This document shows, in pieces, positions 1-7,031 of a DNA stretch of 64,000 nt. The position numbers were made by a program, and so were the translations under genes. Each line of letters starts with the position of its first letter. Position 1 is the first letter of the stretch. The notes under the pieces were generated by a model, which was given only the letters and a program-made list of their open reading frames with translations, searched no databases and was not told the DNA's origin. Origin of the DNA: Candidatus Yanofskybacteria bacterium RIFCSPHIGHO2_01_FULL_41_21 (lineage in GTDB: Bacteria > Patescibacteriota > Minisyncoccia > 2-02-FULL-40-12 > GWA2-44-9); contig MGJA01000008.1 in the NCBI GenBank assembly GCA_001794025.1, positions 358 through 64,357 of the forward strand, read 5' to 3'.

Positions 1-98
1 CAGGATCTCGCCGAGTTTGCCATCGAAGTATTCGCCGATCTTAAGAGTCGGAAAGACGAAAAGAAAGGGGACGGAGCAACCGTCGGCACCCAGTAGCC

Positions 99-152
99 CG
101 CGAAGAGCCCGCGTCTTGCGACGCCATGCTCCTCGCGGGCTCTTTCTTTTAT
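99..152 (+). terminator. terminator-like hairpin (GC stem, long loop, T-tract) after a partial upstream ORF
   Basis: gaagagcccgcg...cgcgggctctttc followed by ttttat. Confidence 0.4.
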
Positions 153-335
153 ACTTGTAAGGAATGATTTTTTCTGTTAGTATATTTAAACCAATATGCC
201 AGGTAGTGAAACTTCGACTGGTTTTGCAAGCGCTTACCATAAGACACTACTTAGTGTATATTAGCTAATATAGCTTCAATCTAGCTCTTATCTGGAAAAA
301 CTAGAAAGCGCAAGTCGAAGTTCTACTATCCTGGT

Positions 336-1040
336 ATGACTACTAAACATGACAAAATTGAATTAAGTGCTCAATTACGGACGGTGATGGGGAGCAAGGT
401 CAGGCAGATTCGCGATTCCGGATTTATTCCGGCGGTTTTGTATGGCAAAGACCAAGAACCGATTGCTCTCCAGGTACCTAATAAGGATTTCAATAAAACA
501 TTCAAAATGGCGGGGGAATCCACTCTTGTCTATATTAGTGTGGATGGACAGACCTACCCCACGATTATTCATGATATTGCCCGTCATCCGGCGTCGGACG
601 CCATTATTCATGCTGATTTCTATAAAGTTAACCTTTCTCAAAAAATTAAGACAATGATTCCCGTGGCGTTTATTGGTGAGTCCCAAGCGGTTAAGGATGG
701 CGGTATTTTTATACGTAATGTTAACGAACTTGAAGTTGAAGCATTGCCCCAGGACTTGCCTCATGAAATTAACTTTGATATGTCCACCCTTGTCGCTTTT
801 GGTGACCAGATTTTATTGAAAGACGCTAAAGTAGATAATAAAGTTGAGGTTCTTGGTAATGCTGATGAAATTGTAGCGACTGTTCAAGAGCCAATTTCTG
901 AAGAAGCATTGGCGGCGTCTCTTGAAACCCCAAGTGAGACAATTGATGACGTTAAGATTGTTGAAAAAGAAAAAGATGCCGATGCTGTCCTTGATGAGAC
1001 AGAAGTACCAGCTACAGCTCCAGAACCAAAGAAAGAATAA
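336..1040 (+). CDS. rplY: 50S ribosomal protein L25 / general stress protein Ctc
   Basis: N-terminal L25 fold signature (DSGFIPAVLYGK...) with acidic C-terminal extension typical of Ctc-type L25. Confidence 0.85.
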   Translation: MTTKHDKIELSAQLRTVMGSKVRQIRDSGFIPAVLYGKDQEPIALQVPNKDFNKTFKMAGESTLVYISVDGQTYPTIIHDIARHPASDAIIHADFYKVNLSQKIKTMIPVAFIGESQAVKDGGIFIRNVNELEVEALPQDLPHEINFDMSTLVAFGDQILLKDAKVDNKVEVLGNADEIVATVQEPISEEALAASLETPSETIDDVKIVEKEKDADAVLDETEVPATAPEPKKE

Positions 1041-1042
1041 CC

Positions 1043-1267
1043 ATGAAAACCGAAATCCATCCACAATATTATCCCAAGACCAAAGTGACCTGCGCCTGCG
1101 GCCATACTTGGCATGTCGGTTCAACTGCTGAAGATATCAGAATTAACGTTTGTTCCAAATGTCATCCGTTCTATACAGGTAACGAAAAAATCATTGATAC
1201 TCGTGGTCGTGTTGAAAAATATCAAAAGCGCGTTGCCGCCGCCAAGAAACCAAAAGCTAAGAAGTAG
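1043..1267 (+). CDS. rpmE: 50S ribosomal protein L31 (Zn-ribbon type)
   Basis: MKTEIHPQYY...CACGHTW...CSKCHPFYTG classic L31 sequence. Confidence 0.9.
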   Translation: MKTEIHPQYYPKTKVTCACGHTWHVGSTAEDIRINVCSKCHPFYTGNEKIIDTRGRVEKYQKRVAAAKKPKAKK

Positions 1268-1276
1268 ATTTCTCTC

Positions 1277-2080
1277 ATGTCAGAATACGATTGGAAGCAG
1301 TGGCAGAATCAATCTAAGCCCAAACCAGCCGGCGTGAAGCATGGTCATGAGGCAATTATTGAAATTAGGGCTGGGGTCGGTGGTGATGAATCCGCTCTTT
1401 TTGCCGCTGAAATAGCCGGCATGTACAAAAAATACTCGGCTCTTAAAGGGTGGGGATTTGAGGTTATTGATTCTAATATGAACTCCTTGGGCGGATATAA
1501 ATCCGTCGTTTTTGAATTACATGGCTCGGATGCGTTTGAAAAAATGAAATATGAGTCCGGCGCTCATCGGGTTCAACGAGTGCCGGCGACCGAAAAATCA
1601 GGACGGGTTCATACCTCAACCATTACCGTCGCTGTTTTGGCGAAAGCCACTGAAAGTGAGCTGGTGATTAGGCCTGATGAAATTGAAGTCAGTTTTTCTC
1701 GCGCCGGCGGGCCGGGCGGACAGAATGTTAATAAAGTTGAGACGGCCGTTAGAATTTTACATAAACCATCGGGGATTGTTATTTCTTCCCGTTCCGAACG
1801 AAGCCAGCAGGCCAATCGGGAAAAGGGGATGGAAGTTCTTCGTTCAAAGCTTTTGGAGATTAAGCGTCTGGAAGAGACCGGAAATGTTTCCGATGAGCGT
1901 CGCAAACAAGTTGGTACCGGTGACCGCTCGGAAAAGATTCGGACTTATAATTTTCCTCAAGACCGCATCACCGACCACCGTATCAAAAAAAGCTGGGGGA
2001 ATATTGAAAAAATTATGCTCGGCAACCTTGACCCCATCTTTGATGCCCTGTCTGAAGGTATGACTATCGAAGTTAAGTAA
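1277..2080 (+). CDS. prfA: peptide chain release factor 1, short form lacking N-terminal domain 1
   Basis: PAT tripeptide motif ([17 protein letters not shown]), GGQ motif ([10 protein letters not shown]), [10 protein letters not shown]; only 267 aa. Confidence 0.85.
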   Translation: MSEYDWKQWQNQSKPKPAGVKHGHEAIIEIRAGVGGDESALFAAEIAGMYKKYSALKGWGFEVIDSNMNSLGGYKSVVFELHGSDAFEKMKYESGAHRVQRVPATEKSGRVHTSTITVAVLAKATESELVIRPDEIEVSFSRAGGPGGQNVNKVETAVRILHKPSGIVISSRSERSQQANREKGMEVLRSKLLEIKRLEETGNVSDERRKQVGTGDRSEKIRTYNFPQDRITDHRIKKSWGNIEKIMLGNLDPIFDALSEGMTIEVK

Positions 2081-2104
2081 AGCTTTGCCTCGCCTCCACC
2101 CTCT

Positions 2105-2142
2105 GTGATTATTTGGTGTGCATATGCACACCAAATAATCAC
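2105..2142. repeat. perfect 38-bp palindrome with gtgcatatgcac core (family F)
   Basis: gtgattatttggtgtgcatatgcacaccaaataatcac; related copies at 17656 and 18243. Confidence 0.7.
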
Positions 2143-2201
2143 ACTCTTTACTTTGGAGTGCTCTTATTATATAATCGGCGGAGGTTAAGGAGGTCTTTGA
2201 A

Positions 2202-2783
2202 ATGATGAGAACGAAGAAGGAAAGTGAGAGGAAGCGGAAGAAAGTGCTTCGGACGGGTTCCAAAAGGTTCATCGCATGTCTGGGTAAAGGTGAAACCGTG
2301 CGTGTTACCTGGAAAGATTGGATTACATACTGGGCAAGTGTTCAGGATCCAAATCGAGAGAGATATCGGGAAGCTCTTGAAACAAACCACCAATATATCA
2401 AACGTCTCCAAGAACAACTGGCCGTAAGTCAGGGACTGTTTGATGAGACGGTCCGTGTGCTTGGATCTGAAAAAGATCGGCGAACATCGTTGGAAACAAA
2501 ATATTCTGAATCTATTGAGAAAAACGAAGGAATCAAAGAATTGTTGACAGCGCTCTTGGTTCCGTGGGCCGATTCACTCGGACGACGCGAACTCACAACT
2601 TTCGTTGAAGCCCAGACGGAAGCTCTCGAAGTTCAAGTATCTCCTGAAGTCATCAATGAGGTCATCATTGACGTCTTTACTTCAATAACCTGTTTTTTGC
2701 GTCTAAACGAATCAAATGATAATTCCTGCATCGCGCTTGAGAAAGCACATGAAGTTTTGAAGGATAGGGCCACGAGGTTGTAG
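2202..2783 (+). CDS. hypothetical protein (basic N-terminus)
   Basis: 193-aa ORF with GGAGG-like RBS upstream; no recognisable family. Confidence 0.5.
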   Translation: MMRTKKESERKRKKVLRTGSKRFIACLGKGETVRVTWKDWITYWASVQDPNRERYREALETNHQYIKRLQEQLAVSQGLFDETVRVLGSEKDRRTSLETKYSESIEKNEGIKELLTALLVPWADSLGRRELTTFVEAQTEALEVQVSPEVINEVIIDVFTSITCFLRLNESNDNSCIALEKAHEVLKDRATRL

Positions 2784-2808
2784 GATAAAAAGATACGCTC
2801 CGACAATC

Positions 2809-2920
2809 GGCCCCGCACTTCGTGCGGGCCCCACGATGTCGGGGCCTGCCCAGTAGTGAACCTCCGAAAGTAATTTGTGCCGTAAGGCAATCGGAGGCTC
2901 TACTACTGGGCCTTTTGTTT
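2809..2920 (+). terminator. compound structured element: three consecutive hairpins ending in a T-tract (terminator or small RNA 3' end)
   Basis: cccgcac-ttc-gtgcggg; gcccc..ggggc; long stem gcccagtagtg...ctactactgggc then ttttgtttt. Confidence 0.35.
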
Positions 2921-2970
2921 TGGACCTTGATTTGTCTAAATAAATCGTGTATTATGGTAAAGCTTATGGA

Positions 2971-3080
2971 TCCCGTTAGAAGTAACCCTAACGGGTCTAT
3001 AAATATGATAAATTTAACCAGCTATTAGTGCAGTATCCACTGTAACAGAACTGTGGATGGCTGTTACTACTTCTAACGGG
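2971..3080 (+). repeat. family A ~110-nt structured cassette (TIR cccgttagaa/ttctaacggg) abutting rpsB start codon
   Basis: homologous copies at 34572..34681, 50566..50675, 53939..54049, all ending ...ttctaacgggATG. Confidence 0.7.
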
Positions 3081-3779
3081 ATGGAAACTATACAAGACAA
3101 CCTTATTTCGTATGAAGATATGCTCAAGGCGGGTACGCATTTTGGTCGCAAAAAGACCGTTTATAACCCCCAAATGGCGCCTTATGTTTATATCGTTAGA
3201 GACGGTATTTGCATCATTGATCTTCTAAAGACCCAAACCGAATTAACTAATACAATCAAATTTTTAAAAAAGACAGCCGAGAACGGTGGCTTGATGCTTT
3301 TTGTTGGTCTAACCAAACAATCATCGGGTGGTATTAAAGAACTCGCCCAGGCCCTAAATATGCCCTATGTTATTGATCGCTGGATTGGTGGAACCTTGAC
3401 GAACTTTAAGATTATAAATGATCGTGTTAAGAAACTTGAAGAAATGGAAAAAGGTCTGAAAACGGGCGCTTACGATAAATACACTAAAAAAGAACGATTG
3501 ATGTTGACCCGTGAGATGAACAAGATGTCTACTCATTTTGAAGGACTGAAGAAGCTTACTAGAATGCCTGATGTTGTCTTTGTGTCATCTTTAAAAGAAA
3601 GTGCCCTTCCGCTTCATGAATCAAAGAAGATGGGTGTGGCCTGTGTTGCTATCACAAACACCGACTCAAACCCCAAGTCCGTGGACTATATCGTTCCGGC
3701 TAATGATCGTTCCAAGAAATCAGTTGACCTCATTTTGGATGCTCTCAAGCGAGAATTGACAGCTGTAACATCACAGTAA
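3081..3779 (+). CDS. rpsB: 30S ribosomal protein S2
   Basis: GTHFGRKKTVYNP...; start moved from 3057 to 3081 because first 24 nt belong to repeat family A. Confidence 0.9.
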   Translation: METIQDNLISYEDMLKAGTHFGRKKTVYNPQMAPYVYIVRDGICIIDLLKTQTELTNTIKFLKKTAENGGLMLFVGLTKQSSGGIKELAQALNMPYVIDRWIGGTLTNFKIINDRVKKLEEMEKGLKTGAYDKYTKKERLMLTREMNKMSTHFEGLKKLTRMPDVVFVSSLKESALPLHESKKMGVACVAITNTDSNPKSVDYIVPANDRSKKSVDLILDALKRELTAVTSQ

Positions 3780-3848
3780 TTAGGACCTAGTAATTAGTTC
3801 TTAGTTCAATTTGTTCTAAGTTCTAAAAACTAAGTTCTAAGTCCTAAC
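3780..3848. repeat. AT-rich inverted repeat built from ttagga/ctaag units
   Basis: ttaggacctag...ctaagtcctaa inverted ends between rpsB and tsf. Confidence 0.5.
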
Positions 3849-3849
3849 T

Positions 3850-4299
3850 ATGGCAGATATTGATCAGATTAAATCGTTGCGGGATGAGACCGGATTATCG
3901 GTTGCGGATATTAAGAAGGCCTTGATTGAAGCGGGTGGCGACATTGATAAGACCCGTGAACTATTAATATCTCGAGGTGGGGATATTGCTGCGAAAAAAG
4001 CCGGGCGTGACCTTAAGGCCGGTATCGTGGATTCCTATATTCACAATAATAAACTTTCCGGTTGTATACTGGAGTTGCTGTGTGAAACCGATTTTGTAAG
4101 TCGAGGCGAAATTTTTCAGACATTAGCCCATGACCTCACTCTTCATATTACGGCCATGAATCCTCAGAATGTAGAAGAATTAATGGAACAGGCGTTTATT
4201 AAAAATCCGGAACAGACCATTCGCGATCTCATTACATCGCATATTGCCAAGTTGGGTGAGAACATCCAAATTGGACGTTTCCAGGTATTTCAGATATGA
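3850..4299 (+). CDS. tsf: elongation factor Ts (short form)
   Basis: MADIDQIKSLRDETGLSVADIKKALIEAGGDIDK UBA-like N-terminus of EF-Ts; 149 aa. Confidence 0.85.
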   Translation: MADIDQIKSLRDETGLSVADIKKALIEAGGDIDKTRELLISRGGDIAAKKAGRDLKAGIVDSYIHNNKLSGCILELLCETDFVSRGEIFQTLAHDLTLHITAMNPQNVEELMEQAFIKNPEQTIRDLITSHIAKLGENIQIGRFQVFQI

Positions 4300-4315
4300 A
4301 ATTTTATTTAAAATT

Positions 4316-4366
4316 TCACCCGCCTCTGGCGGGTTGCCATAGAGCTATCCGCCAGAGGCGGATGCT
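4316..4366. terminator. pair of opposed GC hairpins cccgcctctggcggg / ccgccagaggcgg (family G)
   Basis: same hairpin recurs at 5283, 5586, 5770 flanking tRNAs. Confidence 0.5.
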
Positions 4367-4386
4367 GATAATTATGGCCACTCGCT

Positions 4387-5022
4387 TTGCTCGTGGGTAA
4401 TTATCGCATGTTTATTATCACTCCTCTGATTTTTATTGGTATCTCAGTCATTGGTATGGCTGTTATTGTAAGTCGGAAGATGTCGTATCTTAGAAAATTA
4501 TCTCCGGAGTCCAATGAAGTCAGTGATAATATTTTTAAAGATTTTTTCCCCGAATTAATTGCGTGGTTTAATCAAATTCCATGGCATCAGTATCGCCAAG
4601 TAACCCTCCAAGAAATTGAAAAAGGACTTCGCTGGATGCGGTTAGTGTTTTTAAAAATAGACCACGCATCAGCTCGTTTGATTCAGAAAGTACGCCATTC
4701 TCATCTATCTACTCAACTAGAGCACACCGCCTCAATTCAGTCAGACATCTCTACTGAAGTAATTGTGCCAGAACACATGGAGATAGTGGCTGAACCGACA
4801 CCCGAGGATTTGAAGGCCCAAGAACAACAGCTCATTATTGAGATTGCTCAAGATCCAAAGAATGTAAATTTGTATGAAAAACTCGGAGACCTTTATTTAA
4901 AGATGGATATTATTCCAGACGCAAAAGAGGCCTATGAAGCCGGGCTGGGATTTAATCCCGATAACCAAACTCTTGCCCGCAAGTATTCAGTGTTATTAAA
5001 AAAGACAGATACAATCAAATAG
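4387..5022 (+). CDS. hypothetical membrane-anchored protein with C-terminal TPR-like repeat
   Basis: N-terminal TM helix; C-terminal LGDLYLKMDIIPDAKEAYEAG TPR-like. Confidence 0.5.
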   Translation: MLVGNYRMFIITPLIFIGISVIGMAVIVSRKMSYLRKLSPESNEVSDNIFKDFFPELIAWFNQIPWHQYRQVTLQEIEKGLRWMRLVFLKIDHASARLIQKVRHSHLSTQLEHTASIQSDISTEVIVPEHMEIVAEPTPEDLKAQEQQLIIEIAQDPKNVNLYEKLGDLYLKMDIIPDAKEAYEAGLGFNPDNQTLARKYSVLLKKTDTIK

Positions 5023-5027
5023 TCACT

Positions 5028-5102
5028 GCCGCCTTAGCTCAACGGTAGAGCAGCACTTTTGTAAAGTGAAGGTTCCCAGTTCAAATCTGGGAGGCGGCTC
5101 CA
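5028..5102 (+). tRNA. tRNA-Thr (anticodon TGT), CCA encoded
   Basis: cloverleaf folded by hand: acceptor gccgcct/aggcggc, D-arm gctc..gagc, anticodon loop tttgtaa, T-arm cccag/ctggg. Confidence 0.7.
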
Positions 5103-5152
5103 ATAGTTGCCGAAATGGCGATTTTTGTTTACAATATGATGAATAGAGTAAG

Positions 5153-5235
5153 GGGGTGTGGTGGAGTGGTCAATCACAACAGACTGTAAATCTGTCGGCC
5201 GTGTGCCTTCGTAGGTTCGAATCCTACCGCCCCCA
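5153..5235 (+). tRNA. tRNA-Tyr (anticodon GTA), type II long variable arm
   Basis: acceptor gggggtg/cgccccc, anticodon loop ctgtaaa, variable arm cggccgtgtgccttcg, T-loop ttcgaat. Confidence 0.8.
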
Positions 5236-5308
5236 CACGAGTTTTGCCCAAGAGCGAAAAGCGATTGGATACAAAACTCAGTGCCCGCCTCCGGCGGGCC
5301 GAAAAACA

Positions 5309-5581
5309 ATGAGTTACTTTGTTTATGTTTTAAGAAGTAAAAAAGACGGTAAATTGTATACTGGATATTCAGAAGATCCAGAACGTCGTCTCAAGGAACA
5401 TAATGCAGGCAAGACAGTATCTCTATTGAAGCGTAGACCATTGATTATTGTGTATCAAGAGATATACAATAAAGAAATTCAAGCCAAAAGAAGGGAAAGA
5501 TTTTTGAAAACAGGGCAAGGAAGAAAATTTTTGCAGACCGCGTTGAAACTTGCGGTTGTTCAAGATTTTCGCAAGAATTAG
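5309..5581 (+). CDS. GIY-YIG nuclease family protein (YhbQ/UPF0213-like)
   Basis: YFVYVLRSKKDGKLYTGYSEDPERRLKEHN GIY-YIG motif; upstream part of the 5156 ORF overlaps tRNA-Tyr and is discarded. Confidence 0.8.
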   Translation: MSYFVYVLRSKKDGKLYTGYSEDPERRLKEHNAGKTVSLLKRRPLIIVYQEIYNKEIQAKRRERFLKTGQGRKFLQTALKLAVVQDFRKN

Positions 5582-5651
5582 TAGGTGGCCCGCCAGAGGC
5601 GGGCATAGAAATTGTGCCTACTCATAAAAATAATTCGTAGACAATTTCTAT

Positions 5652-5723
5652 GCCGTTGTAGCTCAGTGGTAGAGCACCTCCATGGTAAGGAGGGGGTCGT
5701 CAGTTCAATCCTGACCAACGGCT
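5652..5723 (+). tRNA. tRNA-Thr (anticodon GGT)
   Basis: acceptor gccgttg/caacggc, D-arm gctcagtggtagagc, anticodon stem cctcc/ggagg loop atggtaa. Confidence 0.8.
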
Positions 5724-5873
5724 CTAAGTTTTTGTCCAAGAGCTATAGCGATTGGTTACAAAAAGTTACCCGCCTCTGGCGGGAAGTAGTAGATAATTAA
5801 CCAGTAATTACGTCATATTTAGTAGTATTTAAATAGTTAAGTACTAAACATATTACGTGGTTCAATAGAAATT

Positions 5874-6038
5874 ATGCCACAAGATAATTTATTGAGGATG
5901 AAGTGTACGGTTTGTAAAAGTGCAAACTACTACACCAGTAAGAATAAAAAGAAGGTTGAAAGAAAGATTGAGTTAAAGAAATTTTGCAAAAAGTGCAAAA
6001 AGCGAACTCCTCACAAGGAGGCGCGTATGACCGGGTAG
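5874..6038 (+). CDS. rpmG: 50S ribosomal protein L33 (Zn-ribbon form), 54 aa, absent from ORF track (<60 aa)
   Basis: MPQDNLLRMKCTVCKSANYYTSKNKKKVERKIELKKFCKKCKKRTPHKEAR C4 L33 pattern. Confidence 0.8.
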   Translation: MPQDNLLRMKCTVCKSANYYTSKNKKKVERKIELKKFCKKCKKRTPHKEARMTG

Positions 6039-6112
6039 TAGAAGCCCGAAATGCTTTCAGCAAAAATATGTTCAGGCTTCACTACCCGGCAGGCCGGATA
6101 GAAGTCCGAGAA

Positions 6113-6183
6113 GGGGATGTCGTTCAATGGTAGGACTCTGGTCTCCAAAACCAGGTATCCAGGTCCGAATCCTGGCGTCCCCG
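6113..6183 (+). tRNA. tRNA-Trp (anticodon CCA)
   Basis: acceptor ggggatg/cgtcccc, anticodon stem ctggt/accag loop ctccaaa, T-arm ccagg tccgaat cctgg. Confidence 0.8.
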
Positions 6184-6233
6184 CCTTCGTTAACCTGCCG
6201 GCAGGCAGGAGCTACGGCGGATAAACCCGCCAA

Positions 6234-6272
6234 ACAAAAAACTGTTCCGCCTAAGCGGGACAGTTTTTTGTT
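6234..6272. terminator. bidirectional rho-independent terminator
   Basis: aaaaaactgttccgcctaagcgggacagttttttg: GC stem flanked by A-tract and T-tract. Confidence 0.65.
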
Positions 6273-6276
6273 TCTA

Positions 6277-6498
6277 TCATTCTGACTCTATCTTTATTTT
6301 AACTGGCGAGTAACCATCCTTACTATGTTCTATTTGTTTAAGGATAGCTTCTACTTCTTCTATCTTATACATCCGATAGTTATTCACAGGGTTGCGATAA
6401 GCCCGTAGCTTTCCTTTTTGATCCCAGTTGCGAACCGTCAAGGGGCTAACACCCAACAATCTAGCGACATCATTCACAGTCAAGAATTTTTTAGGCAT
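6277..6498 (-). CDS. excisionase/MerR-superfamily helix-turn-helix DNA-binding protein
   Basis: LTVNDVARLLGVSPLTVRNWDQKGKL HTH pattern; 73 aa. Confidence 0.7.
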   Translation of the reverse strand: MPKKFLTVNDVARLLGVSPLTVRNWDQKGKLRAYRNPVNNYRMYKIEEVEAILKQIEHSKDGYSPVKIKIESE

Positions 6499-6695
6499 AA
6501 ATTTAGTGGTTTTATTTTTAGGGTTCTTGGTTGATATACATTACTACTTTTAATAGATAATATCTTTAAATTTTTATAGAAGATATTTATTTTAAATCTA
6601 TCAACCTTTTATAAAGATAGCATACCTTTATACCCTGTAAATACGTAATGTTGATAAGTAAATCAAAAATCCAGATTTTTAAAGTAAAATCTGGA

Positions 6696-6735
6696 TTTTT
6701 AGGAATTAGGAATTAGGAATTAGGAATTAGGACCC
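6696..6735. repeat. tandem heptamer (ttaggaa)x5
   Basis: taggaattaggaattaggaattaggaattagga; a related tandem sits inside the giant CDS at 7340..7375. Confidence 0.8.
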
Positions 6736-7031
6736 GAAGTTATCCACTTTTTTTGGATACCCGATGGTACAATTTAACTAGATTTAAAGCCAAGATTTAT
6801 ATCTATCCGATATCATATCGGATAAGTGGAAAAAAGTTTAAAAAAGGAATGAACGTCTGAACGTCAGTTGAGTGAAAAAACATCCCGCCCTTCTTGGCGA
6901 AGGGCGGGAAGGAATGCACGCCTTGGCCCCGTCGGAAAACGAAGCCCATGGCCCATTAATTGTACAACGAAATAAAAGTGCAAGCAATTGAAAATTGCTT
7001 ATAAAATCTCAATCCTAATTCCTGTTTTTTT

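Noticed and set aside
1-96. Partial C-terminal ORF at window start (…DLAEFAIEVFADLKSRKDEKKGDGATVGTQ*)
   Set aside because: Too short to identify; only the following terminator hairpin is annotated.
3057-3080. Longer rpsB start (MAVTTSNG...) and analogous extended starts of recR (34607), permease (50589), def (53962)
   Set aside because: The extra codons are encoded by the terminal inverted repeat of repeat family A and give identical or junk peptides; the conserved protein N-termini begin at the downstream ATG.
5156-5308. N-terminal 51 aa of the 141-aa ORF containing the GIY-YIG domain
   Set aside because: Overlaps tRNA-Tyr on the same strand; the GIY-YIG domain begins at the internal Met (5309).
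6184-7031. Prophage or integrative element call at tRNA-Trp
   Set aside because: Only an excisionase-type HTH gene is present; no integrase, no recognisable att duplication of the tRNA 3' end was found by eye, so only a non-syntenic block is reported.
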